Notes: generated from the letters alone by a model not told the origin. Shown: positions 1-9,379, counted from the stretch's first letter. The stretch: DNA of 64,000 bases from an uncultured Pelagibacteraceae bacterium (GCA_902554785.1 CACDQG010000001.1:45246-109245), one strand, 5' to 3'. Numbers and translations: made by a program.

Positions 1-45
1 AATAAGATCTATAGTCTTAAGAAGTTTTTTAAAAATATACATAAA

Positions 46-732
46 ATGTTAAAAAAAAATAATAAAATTAAATTAATAAAATATTATGATTTTATAAATT
101 ATAATTTAATTTACAATAATAAGGCAATCAACAGATATAAAAAAGACAATTTTGAATTGTCAGAGGATAAATCTGAAAATTTAGAGAAACTAAAAAAATC
201 TATAATAAATTTAAAAAACTGTGACCTTAAGAATGGGGCTAATAATATGGTATTTTGTGATGGTAACCCGAAAGCAAAAATAATGCTTGTTGGTGAAGCT
301 CCAGGAGCAAATGAAGATAAAGAGGGCTTACCATTCGTCGGGCGAGCAGGAATGTTGTTGGATAAGATGTTAGCGGCCATAAATTTAGATAGAAAAAAAG
401 TTTACATATCAAATATCATAAATTATCGCCCCCCCGGGAATCGAAAACCCACTGACAAGGAAATTGAAAGATACTTACCTTTTATTACTAAACACATTGA
501 AATTATTAATCCAAAAATTCTTGTGCTGCTCGGAAGTACTGCAATGAATGCGCTTATTGAAAATAACACTGTTATTTCGCAAATGAGAGGTAAATGGATT
601 GAAAAAAAATTTGGAAATTGTAAAACATCAGTAATTATTACTTTTCATCCTGCATTCTTAATGAGACAACCTGCTCAAAAAAAAATGGCATGGATTGATT
701 TAAAAATGATTAGAGATAAGAAAATTAATTGA
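46..732 (+). CDS. Uracil-DNA glycosylase, family 4
   Basis: Motifs VGEAPG..ED..G.PFVG.AG, RPPGNR.P and TFHPAFLMR. Confidence 0.9.
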   Translation: MLKKNNKIKLIKYYDFINYNLIYNNKAINRYKKDNFELSEDKSENLEKLKKSIINLKNCDLKNGANNMVFCDGNPKAKIMLVGEAPGANEDKEGLPFVGRAGMLLDKMLAAINLDRKKVYISNIINYRPPGNRKPTDKEIERYLPFITKHIEIINPKILVLLGSTAMNALIENNTVISQMRGKWIEKKFGNCKTSVIITFHPAFLMRQPAQKKMAWIDLKMIRDKKIN

Positions 733-742
733 AAAATCGAAA

Positions 743-1312
743 TTGAAAGAATTTACTACAGCTGGGGTTGATGAAGTTGGCAGAGGGTGTCTTGCTGGTC
801 CTGTGGTGTCCGCAGCTGTGATACTCAAGGAAGGAATAAACTTGGGGCTTCTTAGAGACTCAAAAAAAGTTTCTTTTAGAAAAAGAGAGAAAATATCAAA
901 ACATATTAAAGACAACTCCTATCATGCAATAGGTATAGCTACTGTGCATGAAATCTTAAATCTTAATATTTTACAGGCATCATTACTTTCAATGAAAAGA
1001 GCTATTGATGGACTGAATATTAAACCTAATTTAATTTTAATAGATGGTAAATATGCACCCAAAGGTCTTAAAAATTATAAAACAATTATTAATGGGGATG
1101 AAAAAGAAAAAGTTATAAGTGCAGCCTCAATTGTTGCAAAAGTTTTTAGAGATAAATTTATGATTAAATTATCGGAAAAATTTTCAAATTATGCTTGGGA
1201 AAAAAATTTTGGCTACGGCACTAGGGATCATTTAGCTGGTTTAAAAAAGTACGGCGTTACTTCACATCACAGAAAGGCTTTTAAACCAGTACACAAGATA
1301 TTGTCTAAGTAA
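743..1312 (+). CDS. rnhB: Ribonuclease HII
   Basis: AGVDEVGRG, DSKK, IDG, AASIVAKV.RD and GYGT motifs; TTG start. Confidence 0.95.
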   Translation: MKEFTTAGVDEVGRGCLAGPVVSAAVILKEGINLGLLRDSKKVSFRKREKISKHIKDNSYHAIGIATVHEILNLNILQASLLSMKRAIDGLNIKPNLILIDGKYAPKGLKNYKTIINGDEKEKVISAASIVAKVFRDKFMIKLSEKFSNYAWEKNFGYGTRDHLAGLKKYGVTSHHRKAFKPVHKILSK

Positions 1313-1363
1313 GACACGGAAACACTAAAGTAGTTAATTTTCATTTGAAAAGGTTTGACGCTT

Positions 1364-1384
1364 GATTCAATTTAGAGTTGAATC
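1364..1384. promoter_or_regulatory. Inverted repeat GATTCAA-N7-TTGAATC with two GANTC (CcrM) sites just upstream of ccrM
   Basis: Perfect 7-bp dyad at 1364-1370 and 1378-1384, each arm containing GANTC; TTGACG at 1355-1360. Confidence 0.7.
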
Positions 1385-1389
1385 TTAAA

Positions 1390-2457
1390 ATGTCAAAATA
1401 TTTCAATAAAATTTTAAACGGTGATTGTCTTAAAGAGTTGAAAAAAATTCCAGACAAAACTTTTGATCTTATTTTTGCTGATCCTCCTTACAACTTACAA
1501 ATTGGAGAAAGTCTAACTAGACCAGACTCAAGTAAAGTTGATGGAGTTAATGATAGTTGGGATAGGTTTAACTGTTTTAAAGATTATGATGATTTTTGTA
1601 AATCCTGGTTAAAAGAATGTAAGAGAATTTTAAATGATAATGGAAGTATTTGGGTTATAGGATCCTATCATAATATTTTTCGATTGGGATATCATTTACA
1701 AAATTTAGATTACTGGTTACTTAATGATATAATTTGGAGAAAAAATAATCCAATGCCTAATTTTCGTGGAACAAGATTCACTAATGCTCATGAAACATTG
1801 ATTTGGGCTTCTAAAAGTAAGAAATCAAAATATACTTTCAATTATCAATCTCTAAAATGTTTAAATGATGACTTACAAATGAGATCTGATTGGACATTCC
1901 CAATTTGTAACGGAAAAGAGAGATTAAAAAAAAATGGAAAAAAAATTCACTCTACTCAGAAACCAGAGGTGCTCATTCACAGGATAATACTCGCCACTAC
2001 TAATAAAGGAGATAGCGTATTTGACCCTTTTTTAGGAACTGGTACTACAGCAGTAGTATCAAAGAAGTTAGGAAGAAATTATTTTGGAATAGAAAAAAAT
2101 AAAAAATATTTTATAGCTGCTAGAGAAAGAATTGATAGAGCTTCAAAAATTGAAGATGATTATCTTGATACGATAGAAAACAACAGATTAAAACCTAGAA
2201 TACCTTTTGGATCTCTAGTTGAATTGGGTATAATTAAACCTGGAACTTCTTTAACTGATTCTAAGAAAAAAATTCATGCAAAAATAATGGTTGACGGCAG
2301 TATTAAATACAAGAAAGCTGAAGGATCAATTCATAAAGTTGCAGCAAAAATAATGGGAACTGAAAGCTATAATGGGTGGACCTATTGGCATTATAATATT
2401 GACGGATCCAGTGTTTTGATCGATAGGCTCAGACAGAGATTTATTGCCGAAAAATAA
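1390..2457 (+). CDS. ccrM: Cell-cycle-regulated GANTC adenine methyltransferase CcrM
   Basis: DPPY, HSTQKPE and DPFLGTGTT motifs; C-terminal GSIH..A....NGW.YW domain; rnhB-ccrM synteny; ATG 1390 preferred over TTG 1378. Confidence 0.93.
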   Translation: MSKYFNKILNGDCLKELKKIPDKTFDLIFADPPYNLQIGESLTRPDSSKVDGVNDSWDRFNCFKDYDDFCKSWLKECKRILNDNGSIWVIGSYHNIFRLGYHLQNLDYWLLNDIIWRKNNPMPNFRGTRFTNAHETLIWASKSKKSKYTFNYQSLKCLNDDLQMRSDWTFPICNGKERLKKNGKKIHSTQKPEVLIHRIILATTNKGDSVFDPFLGTGTTAVVSKKLGRNYFGIEKNKKYFIAARERIDRASKIEDDYLDTIENNRLKPRIPFGSLVELGIIKPGTSLTDSKKKIHAKIMVDGSIKYKKAEGSIHKVAAKIMGTESYNGWTYWHYNIDGSSVLIDRLRQRFIAEK

Positions 2458-2459
2458 TT

Positions 2460-3590
2460 CTAATTTTTATAGACATTACCCAAGTAAGAGTTGATAAAAC
2501 CTTTTCTCTTAATTAAAAACTTCATAAAAAAGTTCCTAATTGTTTGTAGGATATTATTTGAAAAATGAAATATAAAAAAATTGAGGTTTGATCTCTTTCG
2601 AACTATTTTTGCTCTTTTTGATCTTTCCTGGAAATAAAAGTTTTGTATATCCGATTTATTAACTTTTAACAGATTAAATAATTCGTTTGCACTTTCAATC
2701 GATTGCCCGGCTCCTTGAGCCAATGTGGGTAAAAATCCATTAAATGCGTCTCCAATGTAAAATACTTTACTGTTTGTTGATGGAAGTATTTTCGGAGTAT
2801 AATATAAAGGCCAGGTTCTCAGGTCACCCTTAAAAAATTTTTCTAACTTTGAATTTTGAATAACTACTTTATCAATCAGAGACTGTATATTTTTCGGATC
2901 ATATTTCTTTTCTCTAACAATATATATTAGATTAAGTTCTCTATTTTTATTGACTGGGTAAATTACCATATGACAATTGTTACCCATCATAAGACTAATG
3001 TTTTCATCATCAATTTCTAAATCTGATTTTGATTTAAGTATTCTTCTAATAGCTATTGCTTTTTTAAATTTTGGTGTATTTTTTTTCTTTTCAAAAAAAG
3101 ACCTAGTATTAGAAAAGATACCGTCTGCACCAACTACTATGTCTACAAGATCATTTGTATTATCATCAAATTTTATTAAGATTTTTCCTTTCAATTCAGA
3201 AACCTCACTTATTTTTTTTCCAAATCTTAAATGTTGGTTGTATACATCATCTTTTAAAAACTCAATTAAAGTTGACCTTTGTAATGAGGTATATTTATTT
3301 TCAGTCGTATTAAATTGTGTGAGATCTAAATTACAAATTTTCTCATTTTTAATATTATAAAAATCTACTCCTTTAGGATGAAATATTTTTTCACGATTGA
3401 TTTTATTGAACCCAATAGTATTTAAAATTTTTGTACTATTTGTTGACAGTTGAATTCCATATCCCTCCTCGAGAGACAAACTTTCCTGTTTTTCATATAA
3501 GATAAACTCATGCTCAGAATTTTTTTTTAATAAATTTGCAAGAGTCAATCCTGCTATGCCGGCACCAATAATGGCTAATTTTTTTTTCAT
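2460..3590 (-). CDS. FAD-dependent monooxygenase (salicylate hydroxylase-like), substrate unknown
   Basis: GAGIAG, GADG and IGDA....P..AQGA motifs. Confidence 0.8.
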   Translation of the reverse strand: MKKKLAIIGAGIAGLTLANLLKKNSEHEFILYEKQESLSLEEGYGIQLSTNSTKILNTIGFNKINREKIFHPKGVDFYNIKNEKICNLDLTQFNTTENKYTSLQRSTLIEFLKDDVYNQHLRFGKKISEVSELKGKILIKFDDNTNDLVDIVVGADGIFSNTRSFFEKKKNTPKFKKAIAIRRILKSKSDLEIDDENISLMMGNNCHMVIYPVNKNRELNLIYIVREKKYDPKNIQSLIDKVVIQNSKLEKFFKGDLRTWPLYYTPKILPSTNSKVFYIGDAFNGFLPTLAQGAGQSIESANELFNLLKVNKSDIQNFYFQERSKRAKIVRKRSNLNFFIFHFSNNILQTIRNFFMKFLIKRKGFINSYLGNVYKN

Positions 3591-4591
3591 TAAAATAAAG
3601 TAGAAACTTGTCTAAATATTTTTTTTGTGAAAGATGGAATAAATTCTTTATTTTCTTCTAAAGAATGCCACCTAAATGATGGAGGAATTTTATCAGAAAA
3701 TTTATAATAGAGATTTATATTTAATTTTAAATTTGAAATAGAGTTTTTATAATTTTTTAAAAATTTCCAATTTTTGTTTTTTCTATAATGAATCGTTTCT
3801 TTAATATATGGCATGTAAAAATTTTTTAAAAAGCTTATTTGGTTGTTATTTGTTAAAGCAATTTGTTTTTTTTTATTTATGTAACAAAAAACATCATAGT
3901 CTTTATTTCTAATTATTTTTTTTCTTGAACTCTTAATTTTATGCTTAGATTTAAAATACTTACAACTTTTATTCAAACAGCAGATCAGACATTTTGGGTC
4001 TTTTGGTCTACAAATTAATGCCCCAAACTCCATCAAAGCTTCAACTAAATCTGCATTACGATTTGAAGTAAATAACTTTTTCTTATTTTTTTCAATAAAT
4101 TTATTAAAATTTATTTTGTGTTCAATTATATTTATATATCTTGATATTACTCTTTTAACATTTCCATCCACCGCTATTCTAGGTTTATTGTAAACCAAAG
4201 CTAGTAAAGCGTTTCCGGTATAATCACCCACACCTGGAAGTTTTTTTATTTCTTCTAATGTTTTTGGTAATCTTAATTTGTGATTATTTACTAGTTCAAT
4301 GGAACAAGCTAAAAGATTTTTAGCTCTTCTGTAATAACCTAAGCCCTCCCACATCTTTAAAATTTCTTTTTCACTGCTTTTAGATAAAGCTTTTAATGTT
4401 TTAAATCTTTTAATAAAAATATTAAAATATGGAATAACTGTCTTAACTTGTGTTTGTTGCAACATAAATTCACTTAAAAGTCGATAATATAGATTTTTAG
4501 GTGACTTTTTGCCAACACGCCAGGGTAGTTTCCTTTTGTTATTATCATACCATGCTAAAATATTTTTTGGTAATGTTGAGCTAATATGCAT
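3590..4591 (-). CDS. mutY: A/G-specific adenine glycosylase MutY
   Basis: LPWR, SEFMLQQT, WEGLGYY.RA, HhH LPGVG, VDGNV and the C-X6-C-X2-C-X5-C cluster motif. Confidence 0.92.
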   Translation of the reverse strand: MHISSTLPKNILAWYDNNKRKLPWRVGKKSPKNLYYRLLSEFMLQQTQVKTVIPYFNIFIKRFKTLKALSKSSEKEILKMWEGLGYYRRAKNLLACSIELVNNHKLRLPKTLEEIKKLPGVGDYTGNALLALVYNKPRIAVDGNVKRVISRYINIIEHKINFNKFIEKNKKKLFTSNRNADLVEALMEFGALICRPKDPKCLICCLNKSCKYFKSKHKIKSSRKKIIRNKDYDVFCYINKKKQIALTNNNQISFLKNFYMPYIKETIHYRKNKNWKFLKNYKNSISNLKLNINLYYKFSDKIPPSFRWHSLEENKEFIPSFTKKIFRQVSTLF

Positions 4592-5068
4592 ATAAAAAAT
4601 AATAATAAATCAAAGACTTTCATTCAAGGGCTTCGTCCTTTTGCAAACTCTATTCCAAAGACTTTAAAGAAACATTTAAAAAAAAATGGTTATAATTACT
4701 CAAATATAATTGATAATTGGACAAGAATAGTAAGCAAAAAAATTTCAGACGGAAGTTATCCAATAAATGTTAAGATGGATAAACAGATGAAAGGAGGAAC
4801 TTTAGTTTTGAATGTAATTCATGGCAAAGAAGTTGAAATAGAGTATATGAAAAATGAAATAATTGATAAGATTAATAGTTTTTTTGGTTATAATTGTATT
4901 AGTAATGTTACATTAAAGATAGTTCAACCTAAAGTTAAAAAACACAAAACTTTGCCAAAAATTAGAAACTTAAACAAAATTAGTTCAAAAATGAAAAATA
5001 TTAATAATAATCATTTAAAGATTTCTCTTAATAATTTTTTGAAAGCATATAATGAAAAAAGTGAGTAA
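4586..5068 (+). CDS. DUF721 / DciA-family helicase-loading protein
   Basis: W..IV, I..KIN.FFGY..I.....Q pattern; mutY-divergent DUF721-dsbA-smc synteny typical of alphaproteobacteria. Confidence 0.75.
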   Translation: MHIKNNNKSKTFIQGLRPFANSIPKTLKKHLKKNGYNYSNIIDNWTRIVSKKISDGSYPINVKMDKQMKGGTLVLNVIHGKEVEIEYMKNEIIDKINSFFGYNCISNVTLKIVQPKVKKHKTLPKIRNLNKISSKMKNINNNHLKISLNNFLKAYNEKSE

Positions 5069-5645
5069 AATTTTTTATAGAACATTATTTTTATTTTGTT
5101 TTATATTAATTACTAATGTTGAGAGTAAAGTTTTAAGCGTCGGCAATTCTGATGCAAAGATAACGGTAAAGGTTTTTTCTTCATTAACTTGCCCGCATTG
5201 TGCGGACTTTCATATTTCAATATTTGATAATTTAAAAAAAGATTTTATCGACAAAGGATTAGTAAAGTTTGAACATCACGCTTTTCCTCTTGATCTAGCT
5301 GCATTAAATGCAGAGATAATTGTTAGATGCCATGAAAATAATGACAAAAAATTTAAACTTTTGGAGAGGATATATCAAAAACAAAAAATTTGGGCAGTTG
5401 GATCCGATATAAATAAAATAAACGATTCAATAAAAAAAATTGGCTTAGAATTAAATTTATCAGAAAAAAATATGAATCGTTGTTTAAAAGATGAGAAAAC
5501 ACAAGATATTATCTTAAATGAGAGGATAGAAGCTCAAAAAAATTATAAAATTGATTCCACTCCAACAGTATTTATTAATGATAAAAAGTACACGGGAAAA
5601 GTAAATTATAAACAATTTAAAAAAGCTATTGAGAAAAAACTTTAG
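5052..5645 (+). CDS. DsbA-family thiol-disulfide oxidoreductase
   Basis: Signal-like N-terminus, CPHC active site, STPT cis-Pro motif. Confidence 0.88.
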   Translation: MKKVSKIFYRTLFLFCFILITNVESKVLSVGNSDAKITVKVFSSLTCPHCADFHISIFDNLKKDFIDKGLVKFEHHAFPLDLAALNAEIIVRCHENNDKKFKLLERIYQKQKIWAVGSDINKINDSIKKIGLELNLSEKNMNRCLKDEKTQDIILNERIEAQKNYKIDSTPTVFINDKKYTGKVNYKQFKKAIEKKL

Positions 5646-8090
5646 ATGAAATTTAAAAATTTAGAAATGACAGGATTTAAATCTTTTTCTGAAAAAACAA
5701 CAATTCTAATTGAAAAAGGTTTAACTGGAGTCGTTGGGCCCAATGGTTGTGGAAAATCCAACATTGTTGAAGCTTTAAGATGGTGCATGGGTGAAAATTC
5801 AGCAAAAAGTATGAGAGGTTCTGGAATGGAAGATGTAATTTTTTCAGGAACATCTAATCTTCCTTCAAAAAATATATCTGAGGTGATGCTATTATTAGAT
5901 AATCAAGAAAAGAGCGGACCTATTCAATACAAAGAATTTGATGAGATTTCCATAAAAAGGAGGATTGAAAAAGATAAAGGTTCTAAATATTATATAAATG
6001 ATAAAGAAGTAAGAGCAAGAGATGTCCAAACTTTCTTCGCGGATCTTTCTACGGGTGCTCACTCTCCATCCTTAATTAGCCAAGGTAGAATTGGTCAGTT
6101 AGTTACTGCTAAACCTATTGAGAGAAAATCTATACTCGAAGAGGCAGCAGGTATCTCTGGTATCCACGCCAGAAGACAAGAAGCTGAAACAAGATTGAAA
6201 GCAGCTGAGAATAATCTTAAGAGAGCTGATGAGTTAAAAAGGCAGCAACAAAAACAGCTTGATAATTTAAAAAAACAAGCTGAAGAAGCTACAAGATACA
6301 AAGAAATATCAAATCAGATAAAAAAAATAGAGGCAGGATTATATTTTCTAAAGATTAAAGAAATAGAAAAAGATAAAAAACAAATCCAAGAAAAACTAAG
6401 TGAGCTAGATGATGAAATAAGTGCAATAAATATCGATTATAACCATAACAATTCTTTACTAGAGGAAGAAAATAAAAAACTCGCACCTTTGCGGGATAAA
6501 AAAATGGAAAGTGTAGCTTCACTTCAAAAACTTAACCTAGATATGACCAATCTTGTTCAAGAGGAGTCAAGAGTTAAAACTCTTCAAGAAAAACTTGAGA
6601 AATCTATTAAAACAGTTGAGTCAGATCTCGAGCGGGAAAAAAGTATTTCTTTAGATGCTGACATAAATGAAAAAAGAATTTCAAAAGAGAAGGAAGATTT
6701 GCTTAATACTGAGAATAAGTTGTTAGATGTAGAGACAAAATCTTCAAAGGAACTACAGTTATCAAAGTTAGATCTAGACAAATTACTTAGCCAACTAGAT
6801 GCTATATTAAGCCAAATAGAAAATGATATAGATGAAAATAAAAAACTTTCAAAAGATACATTTAAACAATTAAAACAACTTGTAAAAAAAATTACTTTAT
6901 CACAAGAGGAATATGCTGAAAAATATGGAAAGAATAAATCTATACAAGGTGACTCAATAAAAAGAAAAGAGAGAATAAAAAATATTGATGTAGAGTTAGA
7001 AAACTGGAGAAATTTACGAACAAACTCTGAGAAAATGATTTCAGAATTGAATAACAGAAAAAATAAGATTAAATTAGAAATATCTGAAAATCAAAAAAAT
7101 CCAGAGAGAATAGCTACCTCGAAAGGACAAAATTTACAAAATCTTGAAAATATAAAAAGAAGAAATGATGAAATAGAAAATGAACTCATTGAAGCTGAAA
7201 AAAAATACAGTTCAATTAATGAGAACTTGAGAGAAATTCAATTAAAACTTTCAGACTTAAAAGAAAACAAAGCAAGAAATGAGGCGACCATTGAAGGAAT
7301 AGAAAACAGAAAAAAAGATTTATTATATTCAGTAAAAAATGATTTAAATATTGAAGGTGAAACCTCCATTTTACCTCAATCTGATTTAAATAATTTAGAA
7401 CAAGAAAATTTTCCTACAATTGAAGAACAAAAAGCAAAAATTGAAAAGACAAAAAAACAAAGAGAATCTCTTGGTTCGGTAAATTTAAGAGCTGATGAAG
7501 AGACAAAAAAATATGAGTCAGAAATAAAAAAAATGGAGGACGATAGAGCTGATCTTTATTCCGCTATTGTAAAACTTAAAACAAGTATAGATGAACTAAA
7601 TCAAAAAGGAAGAGAAAGGTTACTAGAGGCATTTACAAAAGTGAATAGAAAGTTTAATGAAGTTTACACAAAACTTTTTAATGGTGGAACAGCTAAGATA
7701 GAGCTAGTTGACTCTGAGGATCCGCTTGAAGCTGGTTTAGAAATGTTTGTTTCACCTCCTGGGAAAAGACTCCAATCTATTACGTTGTTATCTGGGGGTG
7801 AACAGGCTTTGACTGCTTTATCTTTAGTTTTTGCAGTTTTTTTAGTAAATCCTTCACCTATATGTGTTTTAGACGAGGTTGATGCTCCACTAGACGATGC
7901 AAACGTTACAAGATTTTGTGGTTTATTAGATGAATTAACAAAAATTACCAACACAAAATTTATAATAATTACACACCATGCTTTAACAATGTCTAGAATG
8001 GATAGACTTTACGGTGTTACGATGGCTGAACAAGGAGTTAGCCAACTTGTTTCGGTTGACCTACAAAGAGCTGAAGAATTAGTTGCATAA
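5646..8090 (+). CDS. smc: Chromosome segregation protein SMC (short form, no recognisable hinge)
   Basis: GFKSF, Walker A GPNGCGKS, LSGGE signature, Walker B/D-loop LDEVDAPLD; continuous coiled coil between the head halves. Confidence 0.9.
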   Translation: MKFKNLEMTGFKSFSEKTTILIEKGLTGVVGPNGCGKSNIVEALRWCMGENSAKSMRGSGMEDVIFSGTSNLPSKNISEVMLLLDNQEKSGPIQYKEFDEISIKRRIEKDKGSKYYINDKEVRARDVQTFFADLSTGAHSPSLISQGRIGQLVTAKPIERKSILEEAAGISGIHARRQEAETRLKAAENNLKRADELKRQQQKQLDNLKKQAEEATRYKEISNQIKKIEAGLYFLKIKEIEKDKKQIQEKLSELDDEISAINIDYNHNNSLLEEENKKLAPLRDKKMESVASLQKLNLDMTNLVQEESRVKTLQEKLEKSIKTVESDLEREKSISLDADINEKRISKEKEDLLNTENKLLDVETKSSKELQLSKLDLDKLLSQLDAILSQIENDIDENKKLSKDTFKQLKQLVKKITLSQEEYAEKYGKNKSIQGDSIKRKERIKNIDVELENWRNLRTNSEKMISELNNRKNKIKLEISENQKNPERIATSKGQNLQNLENIKRRNDEIENELIEAEKKYSSINENLREIQLKLSDLKENKARNEATIEGIENRKKDLLYSVKNDLNIEGETSILPQSDLNNLEQENFPTIEEQKAKIEKTKKQRESLGSVNLRADEETKKYESEIKKMEDDRADLYSAIVKLKTSIDELNQKGRERLLEAFTKVNRKFNEVYTKLFNGGTAKIELVDSEDPLEAGLEMFVSPPGKRLQSITLLSGGEQALTALSLVFAVFLVNPSPICVLDEVDAPLDDANVTRFCGLLDELTKITNTKFIIITHHALTMSRMDRLYGVTMAEQGVSQLVSVDLQRAEELVA

Positions 8091-8098
8091 CTATTAAC

Positions 8099-8380
8099 AT
8101 GACAAACCCAGAAGATTTTAAAACTCGCCTAAAGATTGCAAAATCAAAAATAAAAAATCAAGTTCAGTTTGATAATAAAAGAGGGAGTTTTATGGGTAAC
8201 GCCTTTAAATTAGGCACTGAACTTGTGGCAGCTGTCATGGTTGGGACAATTATTGGGTTTATTTTAGATAGCTGGTTTGATACTAAACCTTGGCTAATAA
8301 TAATTTTCTTTTTTTTAGGAACGGCGGCAGGCATATTGAATGTAATTAAAACAGCTAATAAAATGCAGAAAGATGATTAA
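8099..8380 (+). CDS. atpI: ATP synthase accessory protein (AtpZ/AtpI family)
   Basis: G...D.WF.T.PW two-TM pattern; first gene of the F0 cluster. Confidence 0.85.
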   Translation: MTNPEDFKTRLKIAKSKIKNQVQFDNKRGSFMGNAFKLGTELVAAVMVGTIIGFILDSWFDTKPWLIIIFFFLGTAAGILNVIKTANKMQKDD

Positions 8381-8388
8381 AGTAAATT

Positions 8389-9123
8389 ATGGCAAGTAAT
8401 CCAATGCAACAGTTCGAGGTTTATAAAATTGGACCTGAAATAAAAATTGCCGGTATAGATTTATCTTTCACCAATGCCAGCTTATTTATGATCATCAGCG
8501 CCTCAATAATACATCTATTTCTATTTTTAGGATCTAAAGAGAAAAAGATAATTCCAGGAAAATTACAACTTATATCTGAGATGTTTTACACCTTTGTAGC
8601 AAAAATGATAAGTGATACGGCAGGATCGAAAGCAAAACCCTATTTTCCTTTTATATTCAGTTTATTTATGTTCGTTTTGTTTTGTAACATGGTGGGTATG
8701 CTTCCTTACTCATTCACTGTTACCAGTCATATTATAGTGACACTAATAATGGCTTTATTTATTTTTATTGCAGTAACTATTATTGGTTTTATCAAACACG
8801 GATTTAAATATTTAAGTATTTTTGTACCAAGCGGTGTACCAGCTGTTCTTTTGCCATTAATAACTGTTATCGAAATTATATCTTATTTAAGTAGACCTGT
8901 AAGTTTATCAGTTAGATTATTTGCAAATATGATGGCGGGTCACACAATGTTAAAAGTATTTGGAGGTTTTGTGGTAAGTTTAGGAATATTAGGTGGCTGG
9001 TTACCGCTTAGTTTTTCAGTAGCATTAACAGGCTTAGAAATATTAGTTGCTTTTTTACAAGCCTATGTTTTTGCAATTTTAACCTGCATCTATTTAAATG
9101 ATGCATTAAATTTACACCATTAA
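8389..9123 (+). CDS. atpB: F0F1 ATP synthase subunit a
   Basis: SLSVRLFANM.AGH and LQAYVF motifs. Confidence 0.97.
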   Translation: MASNPMQQFEVYKIGPEIKIAGIDLSFTNASLFMIISASIIHLFLFLGSKEKKIIPGKLQLISEMFYTFVAKMISDTAGSKAKPYFPFIFSLFMFVLFCNMVGMLPYSFTVTSHIIVTLIMALFIFIAVTIIGFIKHGFKYLSIFVPSGVPAVLLPLITVIEIISYLSRPVSLSVRLFANMMAGHTMLKVFGGFVVSLGILGGWLPLSFSVALTGLEILVAFLQAYVFAILTCIYLNDALNLHH

Positions 9124-9141
9124 ATAAAAAAAGGAGGAAAA

Positions 9142-9369
9142 ATGGAGTTAGAAGCGGCAAAAATGATTGGAGCAGGTCTTGCTGCAATCGCGTTAGCTGG
9201 GGCAGGAGTGGGTATTGGAATTATTTTCGGTAACTACTTATCTGGAGCAATGAGAAATCCATCTGCGGCTCAAAAACAATTCCCTAATTTACTTTTGGGA
9301 TTTGCATTAGCGGAGGCAACAGGATTATTTGGACTAGTGGTAGCTTTAATTATTTTATTTGCATTTTAG
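9142..9369 (+). CDS. atpE: F0F1 ATP synthase subunit c
   Basis: GxGxG helix, RNP loop, ALAEA proton-binding Glu; strong SD AAGGAGG. Confidence 0.97.
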   Translation: MELEAAKMIGAGLAAIALAGAGVGIGIIFGNYLSGAMRNPSAAQKQFPNLLLGFALAEATGLFGLVVALIILFAF

Positions 9370-9379
9370 TAAATTGAAT

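Noticed and set aside
9142-9369. Possible Na+-coupled c-ring
   Set aside because: Ion site reads ALAEAT without the Gln and Glu-Ser/Thr sodium ligands, so it is H+-type
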